This document shows positions 46,652 through 59,300 of a stretch of 64,000 nt of DNA, one piece after another. This DNA is from Macrostomum hystrix (taxonomy: Eukaryota > Animalia > Platyhelminthes), in NCBI GenBank assembly GCA_950097015.1, contig CATNEN010000026.1, positions 930,001 through 994,000 on the forward strand, written 5' to 3'. Made by a program: the position numbers and the translations under genes. The notes under the pieces are model-generated. The model did not search any database. It was not told the DNA's origin and was given only the letters and a program-made list of their open reading frames with translations. The stretch's first letter is position 1, and each line of letters opens with the position of its first letter.

Positions 46652-49509
46652 TCCTTACCTAAAGCAGTAATATAAAACATCCGAAATTCGTAAGTTGAAT
46701 ATACGTTTAGCGACAAGAATTAGTAGTTGATTGTAACTTTTTATAGCTTTAATGGAAATGAAACAAAAACAATTTATTATAACTATAATTAAAATATATA
46801 AAATAAAAAAAATTATTTTAAAAAATCTGCATTCACGCTTGTAACTTTGTTTTAACCACCTAAAGTAATAACGATTTTTTTCTTTATTATTAAAACAACA
46901 AGACTTTAGGAAATCCGTATTTAGGAAATACTAAATTAGCTAAGCTAAGATCATCGCTAAATCCATAATCAAATAAACAACTATGCGGTTTGTTGCGTCA
47001 GCCTTGCAACCTAAAGTTAATATTACCAGCAGATTATAGTTGTCATTGTGTTAGAATTAATTAAAAGTCCATGCGGACCTGCGGACCGAACCCTTAGCTA
47101 TGTATAAGCGTCGCAAGTGTACGCTTGGCGCTCCTCTGTGTGCGTCTGTGGAGCGGGAGTGCTGTGCATGGGGTTGGTGTTTCGTCAGAGAAGAGAGAGA
47201 GATTACTTTCAATAACGAGTATAAGCAAATCATGTAGCTTCAAAAGGCTCTCTAAATAATTTTTTCGATCAATGTATAGTTCCGCCTTTAATAACCCTCA
47301 GTGTTCAGTTATTATTCATTTACACCCATCACACAAAACTGAATCGTCACAGTATTAATAGTCTGTATACTAAATAATGTGGTAATGTCCAAGATTGTTT
47401 TTCATTGTTTCTAACTTAAGCAAGTCATGATTCCTAGATTGATTGCTCTATAACCTCTTAACAATAAGTACTGCTATCTAAATTTAAACCGCTTTTTCAA
47501 TATTTTTTCAATACCATATATACTATATACCATATTTTTGACAAGCAAAACTTTCGTAACGCTTCTCTCGATGCAAATCCTCATTTGTTTATTATTCGCC
47601 GCTAATTGTAGCATGTCTTCATAAAAACATTTTTTTCATTTTTCTAAATTTATTTCACCTATTAAACCTAATATATAATTAGGATATATAAAATTCTAAA
47701 ATAAAGCCATGCATTTGTAATGCATATTTTCCGGAATAAAATCCGGGAATAATTTCAAGCATTTAAAACTGTTTTATTTACGTAAGTTTTTTAATGAATA
47801 AATATCTTATCGGAAACAGAAATATTGCTCTTTTGGATAAAAACTTGAGGAATCGCCTATTGGTTCTTTGTCTTTCTTGCAGCCTGCAGCAGACGCGCAG
47901 AAAAATGTATTCCATATTTGGTCATAATCAACAAAATTATCGAAAGATCAAAGCACTTCCACATCCTGCAATATGGCATTCAGAGTATTCACTAAAGGGC
48001 CATGCCCACGATTTGGCTTCATCAGGCGGGTTATGAAAGCGCGATCGACAAAACAGTAATTTAGCAGGTGCAATCAGCTAGTGAAAAATCGCTGTTCTAC
48101 ACCTTCCCTTTGAATTATTTTCCGAAATCGATTGCCGTGTTTACGAAAACGAAATCGCGTCGTTATATAGTCTCCGTCTCTCACGCACTCCCCCCGTTTC
48201 TTCCGACCCGCTATTATAAAAGGCTAAGTTGCTAAAAATTGCCGGAATATCTTTAGTCCGCGAGTAATTTCTCCATGTTCCTAAGCAAATGAGCTCGCAG
48301 CTTTCCCTCGTCCAAATTTATCTTCTAAATTAGTCACTGCCCTACTTTCGGTATAGGAAAAATACGAGTAAGTGCTAGTCAAATTGCTAAAAAGGAAAAC
48401 AGAAGCTCTAACAAGATTGACGACAGGCTCAGAAACTGGATGAATATGTATCAAACCAAAAAACGTACCAACATCCGTAATTTCTCTTCTAACGCATGGC
48501 TCCTTTTTATGTGATAGAGATGTTCTGTTTGCAAAATTGTCCAATAGCATTTGGGGGGTATTCTTGGGTCTACAAATGAAGGTAGACTGTAATACAGTAG
48601 ATAAATCGTGCATAAAACGAGAAATGTGTGCATTAAATGCTTTCGGCCAATGAGCAGCCACGAAGCATTTGATTCTCGCTTTTAATATATAATAAATGTC
48701 TAAATAGTCTATGGACGAGACCATCTGCGAGAGATATCGTGATTACAATATTTTGTACTTCTTGCCACTTGGCCATCTATGGCACTTAAAACCTTGTATT
48801 GATCCTTTATTGCTTAACGCATTGAATGTCTATGGCCACGGATAGCGAATATCTGTCTTCCTAAACTGGCTCAAGACTTTGGCCATAGACATTTGGAGCT
48901 TGCAACTATGGAAAGAGGACGCAATGACCTAGGCATGAGAGCGCGAAGCTTTTTGTGTTTCCGCATGATCTAATAGCGACCCCACTCGTACCTTTGCCCA
49001 TCCAAGCTAAAATTTCATATCCTAAGCTGTTGTTTTAGTGTCCCACTGAAAGTTCTCATGCTCTTCAATGTCACGGACAAAACAATATGATTAGGGCACC
49101 AAATGTTTTTCTGCTTTTAAAATAGTCGCTGCGAATTCCCTTAAAAATGTGGTGCCCTCAGTTTGAAAATTGAAAATATGGAAAATCTAATCATTTTTGC
49201 CCCCCAGCATTGCCAATTGATTCTGCACAAACCATCCATTCCCGATTTCTTAGCAACTAGGCATTGAAGCACACCTGAATCTGGAATCGCTGCAACGATA
49301 GCTTGCGACAATTGCTCGTAGGCGATTGCAGTCTGAGCAGTTTTCGGAGCGGTAATTTACGTGATTAAGCTTCAATAAAGGCTCCGAGCTTGCTAGATTA
49401 GAGCCACGCAGCTAAATTGACGCCTCCACTGTCGCCACAGAGCAGTCTTACATTTGACGAAGGGCGCGAAACACCTTCGCCAGATGCTCCCTGCAGTCCA
49501 GCAATCGCC

Positions 49510-49516
49510 TATAAAA
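49510..49516 (+). promoter_or_regulatory. TATA box of the prohormone gene
   Basis: TATAAAA 98 nt upstream of the ATG at 49608; AATAAA at 50045 downstream of the stop. Confidence 0.6.
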
Positions 49517-49607
49517 GCCGCCTTTGTTGGCCCGGACACATTTCGCGGACCAGAAGCGCACCAAGCGAGTTCTATACTAGACTTCTATCGAATTCCCTAA
49601 TAGGAAA

Positions 49608-49951
49608 ATGTCAGCCAAGTCAAGCCGGGTCAGTGCTCAGCTGTTCCTGTGTACCATTTTGATTGCCATCGCAGTTGCCAGCGTCCAGTCGGCTCCTTGC
49701 TACGAGGACGAGACACTGACGGACCAGCCGACCGCCTGGAACGGTAAGAAGGCCAGCTGTTTGTGATTCTCTCATCGACAACGACTCACAAACCTAACTC
49801 CACAACCCGCATTCCAGAGCCCGAAGCCAAGCAGATTGGCAAGCGGTCGTACATTCCACTATTCAACTATCTCAAGATTGCACTCAAGCACGAACGGAAT
49901 GGCCGGTCAGGCGATCTGGCAACTGGCCACTGGCGCTGGCACTGGGAGTGA
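49608..49951 (+). CDS. Secreted neuropeptide prohormone, 89 aa, 2 exons
   Basis: Exons 49608-49743 and 49818-49951 (phase 1, GTAAG...TTCCAG); hydrophobic signal peptide ending VQS/AP; GKR and GR amidation/cleavage sites. Confidence 0.8.
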
Positions 49952-50162
49952 CTGCTGAGCGAAACCCGATCAGCTCGAAATGACTGAAAAATTTGTGCAC
50001 TGATTTCATTTCTAACCTGAATGCCAAGAGGTGTCAATGCTAAAAATAAACACTAACCCAAGCACCTCAGTGCTTACCGCATGCCAAAAAATTAAAGAAA
50101 GTCTACAGAATATCTTTTTTATTCGAAATAAAATCATCTGGCAAAGCACGCAGAACAAGCTA

Positions 50163-50598
50163 TAGTGAATCTGGGATTCGGTGAATCTGGGATTCTGTAA
50201 ATCTGGGATTCTGTGAATCTGGGATTCTGTGAATCTGGGATTCTGTGAATCTGGGTTTCTGTGAATCTGGGATTCTGTGAATCTGGGATTCGGTGAATCT
50301 GGGATTCTGTGAATCTGGGATTCTGTGAATCTGGGATTCTGTGAATCTGGGATTCTGTGAATCTGGGATTCTGTAAATCTGGGATTCTGTGAATCTGGGA
50401 TTCTGTGAATCTGGGATTCTGTGAATCTGGGTTTCTGTGAATCTGGGATTCTGTGAATCTGGGATTCTGTGAATCTGGGATTCTGTGAATCTGGGATTCT
50501 GTGAATCTGGGATTCTGTGAATCTGGGATTCTGAGAATCTGGGATTCTGTGAATCTGGGATTCTGAGAATCTGGGATTCTGAGAATCTGGGATTCTGA
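50163..50598. repeat. 16-bp minisatellite (GTGAATCTGGGATTCT)n with GAATC/GATTC hairpin
   Basis: Direct reading. Confidence 0.96.
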
Positions 50599-50871
50599 GA
50601 AGAAATCCTACTGGGAGCGGCTGACTGTTCAAACTGAACGATTCGTGGTTCAAAGAGGCAGAATCTGCTTCTGTTGAAGGCATCCATCCGCTAGCATTTG
50701 TGAATCTAAGGCATTTTTCAATAAACAATTTCTGCTGTGAAGATAATTGCTCCGAGAATTGCTCGCTGGACCATGTCGTTATTGTCTGATTGCCTATCGC
50801 TTTCCAATTTATTCTGCACTTCAGCTCAAATCCAACCCAACTCAATCACCGCCTCCCTTTCAGGCATCCAT

Positions 50872-51103
<232 letters not shown>

Positions 51104-51430
51104 AACAAGAAAAACTAGACTAATTCAATTCCTGTCCCTTAAACCATCTGCAGCCATTTATCAAATTGTGTTTCGAGGCCAATCATCCAGATAAAAGCTC
51201 TGAGCCATCTGTTGATTTACTTTGTACAAGCAAAAATCGACAAGGGGAGAAGCTTTCAAATGAAAAAAGACTTTGTGCAACGTCATTCCAATTCGACGTA
51301 ATGTTTTATAATTCAGACATTGAAAAGTACATCTCGTCATGCGCGCACTTTTTCTTAGAAAATGTTAATCTCAGTTGATCCATAGCTTTTTTTAGAAATA
51401 ACGAATAATCCAGTAAAGTGGTATGAACAC

Positions 51431-54400
51431 TCAGACAGGCTTGCCGAATCTCAGGTACTTCTTGGCGTCATCTGGCTCGCTAATCATCGCGCCGACAGCA
51501 CCAGTGTGGCCGGTGATCAGGTAATGCAGCTTCAGCGATTGCTGGGGGTGAAAGATTGGATGGGTACAATTTAGCAACAAAATCCTCACTGACAGCAGTG
51601 GCCTCATAACCCCCCTGAATGTACAGTCATCAATAACACCCACCACCCCAATTCTCACTATCAGCTGTGGCCTCACAAACCCCCTGAATGTACAGTCATC
51701 AATAACACCCACCACCCCAATTCTCACTATCAGCTGTGGCCTCACAAACCCCCTGAATGTACAGTCATCAATAACACCCACCACCCCAATTCTCACTATC
51801 ATCTGTGGCCCCACAAACCCCCTGAATGTACAGTCATCAATAACACCCACCACCCCAATTCTCACTATCAGCTGTGGCCTCACAAGCCCCCTGAATCAAT
51901 AAAAAACAAACCACCCCAATTCTCACTACCAGCTGTGGCCTCACAAACCCCCTGAATGTACAGTCATTAATGACACCCACCACCCAAATCCTCACTATCA
52001 GCTGTAGCCTGACAAACCCCGTGCAAGTAACACCACCAAAATATCATCTGCTGCTTTACGCACTCCCACGGCCTTTGACCCGCACTCTACTCCTCTCACC
52101 ATCTGGAAAAAGTGCTGCTGCCTGAGCATCTCCTGCCGCATGTACTGGTGCCGGAAAAAGTTACCGCCGAGGAAGATGGTGCAGTTGTTTGTCATCTTGG
52201 CGCTGGTGGCCAACACGTTGAAGAGGTTGGTGACAAAGGCGGCTACCAGGGAGGCGGCGAGATCCTCCTTGCTGCACTGGTCCCCTGTTTTTGGAAAGTC
52301 ATGGCGTTCAAATTTCCATTCCATTTCCAGGAAGCTATTTTCCTGAAACCATAATCCTGAAACTATAATCCTGAAACTATAATCCTGAAACTATAATCCT
52401 GAAGCTATAATCCTGAAACTATAATCCTGAAGCTATAATCCTGAAGCTATAATCCTGAAACTATAATCCTGAAGCTATAATCCTGAAGGATTAAACCTGA
52501 AACTATAATCCTGACACTACAATCCTGAAACTATAATCCTGAAGCTATATCCCTGAAACTATAATCCTAAAGGATTAAACCTGAAACTATAATCCTGAAG
52601 CTATAATCCTGAAACTGTAATCCTGAAACTATAATCCTGAAACTATAATCCTGAAGCTATAATCCTGAAACTATAATCCTGAAGTTATAATCCTGAAGCT
52701 ATAATCCTGAAGGATTAAACCTGAAACTATAATCCTGACACTACAATCCTGAAACTATAATCCTGAAGCTATATCCCTGAAACTATAATCCTAAAGGATT
52801 AAACCTGAAACTATAATCCTGAAACCATAATCCTGAAACTATAATCCTGAAACTATAATCCTGAAACTATAATCCTGAAGCTATAATCCTGAAACTATAA
52901 TCCTGAAGCTATAATCCTGAAGCTATAATCCTGAAGGATTAAACCTGAAACTATAATCCTGACACTACAATCCTGAAACTATAATCCTGAAGCTATATCC
53001 CTGAAACTATAATCCTAAAGGATTAAACCTGAAACTATAATCCTGAAACTATAATCCTGAAACTATAATCCTGAAGCTATAATCCTGAAACTATAATCCT
53101 GAAGGATTAAACCTGAAACTATAATCCTGAAACTATAATCCTGAAACTATAATCCTGAACTATACTCCTGAAACTATAAACCTGAAACTATAATCCTGAA
53201 CTATACTCCTGAAACTATAAACCTGAAACTATAATCCTGAAGCTATAATCCTGAAACTACTCTAATCTATAATACCCATACCGGAATCCTGAACAGTGAA
53301 CATAAAACTGAAATCCCAACCCAGGAATTCCAAAACTGGAATCCCGAAACTGAAATTAAAATCATGACTAAAAAACTAGAGTTTTCGTATAGAGCAGGGA
53401 TCTCACTCCGCAGGTTGAGATCCACTGCTTTGCCAAACGGGAAGATTGGCATGCTGGCCGGGATGCGGCCGTAGGGGCCGTCCACCCCGGTCTGCACGAG
53501 GTCCCGGCCCTCGTTGTCAATGTTGCCCCGCCTGCCGCGCGTGGCCAGGTCCAGGATCTCGTCGTAGTTGCTGGTGCCCAGAAGAATTTTGCCGAAGCCG
53601 AGAAACGATTTGCCAGCTAGCCAGAGCCCGGTGACCAGGTAGGATTCGCCATTCTCCTTCACCTGCAGTTCCGGTAAGGGTGCATGGCCGGCATTTTATA
53701 AGTCTAGAAGTTGGAATGTCCAAATATATCAAACTTCTCAAACCCGAACCTTCTCAAACCCGAGCCTTCTCAAACCCGAACCTTCTCAAACCCGAACCTT
53801 CTCAAACCCGAGCCTTCTCAAGCCCTAACCTTCTCAAACACGAACCTTCTCAAACCCGATCTTCTCAAACCCGAACCTTCTCAAACCCGAACCTTCTCAA
53901 ACCCGAACCTTCTCAAGCCCTAATCTTCTCAAACACGAACCTTCTCAAACCCGATCTTCTCAAACCCGAACCTTCTCAAACCCGAACCTTCTCAAACCCG
54001 AACCTTCTCAAACCCGAACGGGGATTTTCTCAATCCCCGAACCCGCCGCCCGTCGCTCACGTAGATGACTCCGCCGCCAGAGCCGATGAAGCAGAACAGG
54101 CAGGGCAATGGTCCACCGGCGACATCAGCCGAGCTCGAGCTCGGCTGAAACTGCTGAGTCATGTTTTCCTGCTCAGGGTTCTCAGCCTTGTCGGCGAAGA
54201 TGGCCAGGTCCGCCTCGACCTCAGGGTAGCAGAGCGCCTCGAGCGGCAGGTGCTGAATGAGCCAGTGGGCGCCCCGCGTCTGCGACAGGAACTCGTCGAT
54301 GAATTCCAGCCTGAAGGAAAAATATAGACTCAGCGTCAGCGTGCAGCATAGTCTACTATCAAGTAGTGCCAGCGGAAAGATAAGGTTGAATTTTATCCTG

Positions 54401-55278
54401 TCATTTCAATCGATTATGAATGCAGTTGGTTTGTGAGGCCACAGCTGACTGTAAGAATTGGGGTGGTGGGTGTCACTGATGACTGTACATTCAGGGGGGA
54501 TTTGTGAAGCCACAGCTGATAGTGAGAATTGGGGTGGTGGGTGTCATTGATGACTGTACATTCAGGGGGTTTGTGAGGCCACAGCTGATAGTGAGAATTG
54601 GGGTGGTGGGTGTCATTGATGACTGTACATTCAGGGGGTTTGTGAGGCCACAGCTGATAGTGAGAATTAGGGAGGTGGGTGTCATTGATGACTGTACATT
54701 CAGGGGGTTTGTGAGGCCACAGCTAACAGTGAGATGCCAGCGAGCTGCTCACTCGAGTCCCAGCTTCTCCTGAATGAGATCTCGGTATCTGTCGCAGCCA
54801 ACTCCAGTTACGCGCAGCTTGCCGCCCTCTCCTTGGCGCAGGATGGCCTTGCTGGCCAGGTAGTCGAGTCCTGCCTCGAAGTGCTTGTTGTTGAACAAGG
54901 CGAAGTACAGCCGGTAGGTTTCGTCCGTGTCGCCAGCTGTGACAAAGAGTACTTTGGTCAGGGAGCAGCCTGTAAATGTTAGAAAGATTTTTACTCCTCG
55001 AGTGACGATAGAATCACTCCCGAGTGACGAATGAATCACTCCCGAGTGACGATAGAATCACTCCCGAGTTACGATAGAAACTCCCGAGTGACTATTGAGG
55101 TATTCTAGGTGACAATCAAATCGTAAGAGTGAGCAATGCGCTCGTAGTAGATTGTACGCTTTTAAAGATATTTTTTAGTTGAATCACCTCTGTCGATTCC
55201 GGCCATGACGGTGATGTTTTCCAACGCAGATTTTCTCAGCGTCACCACTCTCTCATCGATGAGAAATTGTTGAGACAT
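51431..55278 (-). CDS. pank: Type II pantothenate kinase, divergent, 369 aa, 6 exons
   Basis: Exons 55278-55188, 54969-54753, 54310-54061, 53662-53407, 52284-52100, 51541-51431, phases consistent; GIDRGCSLTK, VTGVG, FIDEF, FIGSG, SKEDLAASL, IFLGGNF, HTGAVGA. Confidence 0.85.
51581..52020. repeat. 69-bp minisatellite, about 6 units, in PanK intron 5
   Basis: aaccccctgaatgtacagtcatcaataacacccaccaccccaattctcactatcagctgtggcctcaca. Confidence 0.93.
52345..53268. repeat. 14-bp minisatellite (AACTATAATCCTGA)n with a 224-bp higher-order repeat
   Basis: Rare variant gacactacaat recurs at 52513, 52737, 52961. Confidence 0.95.
53735..54018. repeat. 16-bp minisatellite (CCTTCTCAAACCCGAA)n
   Basis: Direct reading; PanK intron 3. 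Confidence 0.95.
54428..54734. repeat. 69-bp minisatellite, about 4.5 units, inverted relative to 51581-52020
   Basis: tgtgaggccacagctgatagtgagaattggggtggtgggtgtcattgatgactgtacattcagggggtt is the reverse complement of the other array's unit. Confidence 0.93.
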
Positions 55279-55629
55279 TTTGTCTAACTTTATTCTATTA
55301 ATTTTTTTGAGTTTTTTATAGCGCTTGACAATTTGTTCGCGAATTATTCAGCAGCTAAAGGTGGGTGGCCGTTTAAATTCTTCGAGAACAGTCTTATCAG
55401 TTGCTCTGCCAACTTGAGAAGTCTATAGTCTGATCTGCGGCCAAATTAGACTGCTGGCTTTGGTACTGAAATCTCAGCTGGTCACAATGTCAACTGATCT
55501 TTGAATCAAAGATAAAAATAATAATTTCAAGTCAGTTGATATCTCATTGTACTCGGCTGAGACACCGAAGGCTGGATTAATGACGTCGCAAGTTACAGAG
55601 AATATTTAAGCTCCTTTCGAGCTTCTCAT

Positions 55630-55945
55630 TGACTGACAAGAGTTGTCGCCTAGTGTCGGACTCATGCCTTGAATTTCAGTGTCAGGGGTTCGATTCCCGA
55701 CTCCACTGGAAAAAATTTGTGTCCTTAAGCAAGACACTTAACTCTGCATTGCTTCAGTTCACCCAGCTATGAAATGGGTACCAGCATCAGCTGGGGTAAT
55801 TGAGGGTGGGTGTGGCGTTCCCACAGTCCATGGACTGAACAGCCGTACGCAGCCTTCAGATGCACCGGGCAACAGCTGCGGCTGTGCTGTCGGCTGCACA
55901 CATGGCCCAACTAAGGCAGGTGTAATCTGTTATTATTATTATTTC
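55630..55945 (+). mobile_element. SINE family B (tRNA head, CORE-like domain, (TTA)n tail)
   Basis: GGTTCGATTCC B-box near 55686; gtgtccttaagcaagacacttaac...cagttcacccagctatgaaatggg resembles the CORE domain; ends in ttattattattatt. Confidence 0.75.
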
Positions 55946-56365
55946 TTGTAGCTCAATGAGCTAGAGAAATAATTCTCGATGAGCAAGTCAAGTATAACCA
56001 GAAATTCGAGCGTAGGATGCAGTCACGGCGTTTTCTCTTTTTTATGTTTGATTTTCTCACGATAAAAAAAGCTCAGAAAGCCATAAAAAACTTTGTGAGG
56101 CCTATGTCTCGTAGGTCCGATGCGGCACATACTTTGCTAGCAATGCGTGACAAATAGACGCAAAATGATCTGACGACCAAACCGAATAGGTCAGTCTCCA
56201 CTCTGCTCCAATGCCATTGGATAGCTCAAAACTCGATAGCAGGCGGCTACAAAGGTGGCACTTAAAAACGGGCCGAGTTTCATCGGGAATTCGCCGAATT
56301 CCATTTTTAAGGCACTTCCTGACCCGACTCACAGTTTTGCTCAACGCTAGGAACAGTTGCCAACA

Positions 56366-59300
56366 ATGAACTTGTGGAAGCTGCTGGTCCTTCTGGCTGC
56401 CGCAGTGTTAGCAAGTTCAGCCAGAAATTCGACAATTTATTTCTTCTATGACAGCTCCGCACCGCCAGGCACCGAGTTTGTCTTTGCTCGCGTCGCCGAG
56501 CGCATCGCCGCCAGCTTCGGAGCCGTTGAAATTCTGCCACTCGAGCCGGATCAAAACCACAATGGCTACGCCCTGCTCATCGGCCTCTGCAAAGCCACCA
56601 GAGCCGGCGCCATAGCCGTGTTCGCCTCCGTGCGTCCCGAGGCCGACCGTCTCATTGCTAGCTGGGCGCAGTCGCACGACCTACTGTACATTGCCTGGGG
56701 CCAGACATTTCCAGACCTGCCTGGCGTTCGTCTCAGTCCGCTGCCGGATCTGGCGCCGGCATTCGAAAGCCTCCTGGCCTACCTCAACTGGACGGACTTT
56801 GCCTACCTCTATGCTGACGACGCCGGCTTCAGACGCGGAGTTCGCCTAGCTGAAGCCCTGCGACGTCGGCACCAGCGCGGCGACGATTCAGCTGAGAATT
56901 TCTCCGGCAGCGAGATAAGCAGAGCCGGCGACAGCATCGACTTCAGGCGGGTGTCGCCGGTCGCGGGGCCTTCGCAGCTGGAGAGAACTCGAGACGCGCT
57001 GCGCGTCCTTGACGCCAGACTCGGCCAGCATCGGCCGCGGCGTCGGCTGCTGGCCGTTGACGTCGGTGGCATGCACAGCGTACAGCAGCTGCTGAACGAG
57101 CTCGCACTGCTGGGCATGAACCGGCCGGAGTATCACTATGCCATTGCGGCGCTGGGAATGTCGGAACTGCAGCTGGGGAGCTTCATCTACAGCGGCTGCA
57201 ACATCACCGGCTTCGACTTGGCGGTTCGTACACGATTTACACTTTTCGTAATCAATTAATGCCGTTGTACAGCTACCTGTAGCTCGTATCGTCCATAAAC
57301 TTGGTAGGGGGCAGAAAACTAACGCAACTGACTCTTCTATTAAGATCCCTGAGCTCGAATCCTAGGCGAGGCCGCATTCTTTTTCAACGCAGCCACAGAG
57401 AGAAGGCTTGACGGCTTGTCCGGGAAATTTGCAATCAAAAGGGCCCAACGCATGAGGACACTGTGAGATCGTACACTGCCTGAATATGAGAAAGCCAGGA
57501 CAGATGTACACACTCCTGTATGTGTTTCTACGAAAAGGGGCAGAATTGCCTCCTCGCTGGGTCCACTGTCACCACATGATATGCCAGCGACCACAGCCCT
57601 CCTACAAGTACTATTGGGCTGGTTTGTCTGGGTGGCCTGGAAGTAGAGTGCTAGGTCAGCCAGAGAAAGGGGCTGGTTTGTCTGGGTGGCCTGGAAGTAG
57701 AGTGCTAGGTCAGCCAGAGCAAGGGGCTGGTTTGTCTGGGTGGCCTGGAAGTAGAGTGCTAGGTCAGCCAGAGCAAGGGGCTGGTTTGTCTGGGTGGCCT
57801 GGAAGTAGAGTGCTAGGTCAGCCAGAGCAAGGGGCTGGTTTGTCTGGGTGGCCTGGAAGTAGAGTGCTAGGTCAGCCAGAGCAAGGGGCTGGTTTGTCTG
57901 GGTGGCCTGGAAGTAGAGTGCTAGGTCAGCCAGAGCAAGGTTTTAAATTCAGGCAACCGATATTCTCGCCAGATTCCCAGAGGTTACGCAAGGCGCTTCG
58001 GGTCAGTTCCACCAGCTGCCTACGTTCAAGGCCACGGCCGGCCGGACCTCAATCCACCGTCGCACGACGTCCTGGCAATTCAGGCCGCCCTGACAGCACT
58101 GGCGGAGGCTGTCGAGGCCACCGGCTGGTCGACGTCAGACATTGATCTCGACAACGACAGGACCAGTGGCCCGGCGGTCCTGACTTGGACGGAACTGCCC
58201 TGCCCCAGCGGTGACATCAATGGCGAAAGAGGTCGACGCTGGAGCCTCACCGGTAGCAGCCGTCGTCACCGTCTGCGTCGTAGAGAGCTTCGGCGTCGCC
58301 TACTTCGGGCGGTCCGCAACCGGCTAGAAGTCGAAGGCAGCAGCGGAGGCGTTCGCGTGATGGACCTGCTGGATGCGACCCACCGATCTCAGCCGATCGG
58401 AGTCTGGACTCGCTCGGCCGGGTTGAACATCACAAGCGACCGGCATCGGAGGCAACTCCAGGCTGGCGGTAATAATGACACGGTCGACTCCGGTCTTCCA
58501 CTGGGCAACGGCACCGTCGTCCGGGTGGTGAGCATTCTCAACGATCCGTTTGTCATGCTGCGCGAGGGCAGCGAGAATGCCACCGACTTCCGGCAGCGTT
58601 ATCACGGCTTCTGCATCGACCTGGCCGAGATGGTCTTCGCCAAGCTGGGAGTTGGCTGGCAGCTGCACCTGGTTGGTGACGGCAAGTACGGCGCCCAGGA
58701 GCCCAGCTCAAACGGCAGCGGGGAGCTAGTGTGGAACGGCATGATGGGTAGGGGGCGCATCCGTCTCTGCTGAACCTTCGTTTGCTCTCTTTTACCCATG
58801 CCCATCGAGCACCGTCAGCGAGTCGATGAGAGATTGATAGAGTGAATGAGAGATTGATAGAGTCGATGAGAGATTCAAAGAGTATACGAGAGATTGATAG
58901 ATTCGATGAGAGATTGATAGAGTCAATGAGAGATTGATAGAGTCGATGAGAGGTTGATAGAGTGGATGAGAGATTGATAGATTCGATGAGAGATTGATAG
59001 AGTTGATGAGAGATTGATAGAGTCGATGAGAGATTGATAGAGTCAATGAGAGATTGATAGAGTCAATGAGAGGTTGATAGAGTGGATGAGAGATTGATAG
59101 ATTCGATGAGAGATTGATAGAGTTGATGAGAGATTGATAGAGTCGATGAGAGATTGATAGAGTCAATGAGATATTGATAGAGTCAATGAGAGATTGATAG
59201 ATTCGATGAGAGATTGATAGAGTCGATGAGAGATTGATAGAGTCGATGAGAGATTGATAAAGTCGATGAGATATTGATAGAGTCGATGAGATATTGATAG

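Noticed and set aside
48281-48724. 147-aa minus-strand ORF in the AT-rich intergenic region
   Set aside because: No recognisable motif or splice structure; may be a TE remnant
50630-50790. Plus-strand CCEDNCSENC cluster and IHPLAFVNL (insulin A-chain or LRR look)
   Set aside because: Cys spacing does not fit CC-x3-C-x8-C, and there is no start, signal peptide or linked exon
54125-54148. Perfect 24-bp palindrome in PanK exon 3
   Set aside because: Single short instance in a variable Ser-rich loop; probably a local duplication with no evidence of function
57486-58145. 219-aa ORF with [18 protein letters not shown] repeats (collagen- or silk-like look)
   Set aside because: Made of a SINE fragment, a 54-bp intronic array and an out-of-frame part of iGluR exon 2
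58211-58327. Possible in-frame 117-nt intron removing the Arg-rich stretch of the iGluR ATD
   Set aside because: Weak splice signals, and the encoded segment aligns with the conserved L..V..EG..G region of the ATD, so it is probably coding
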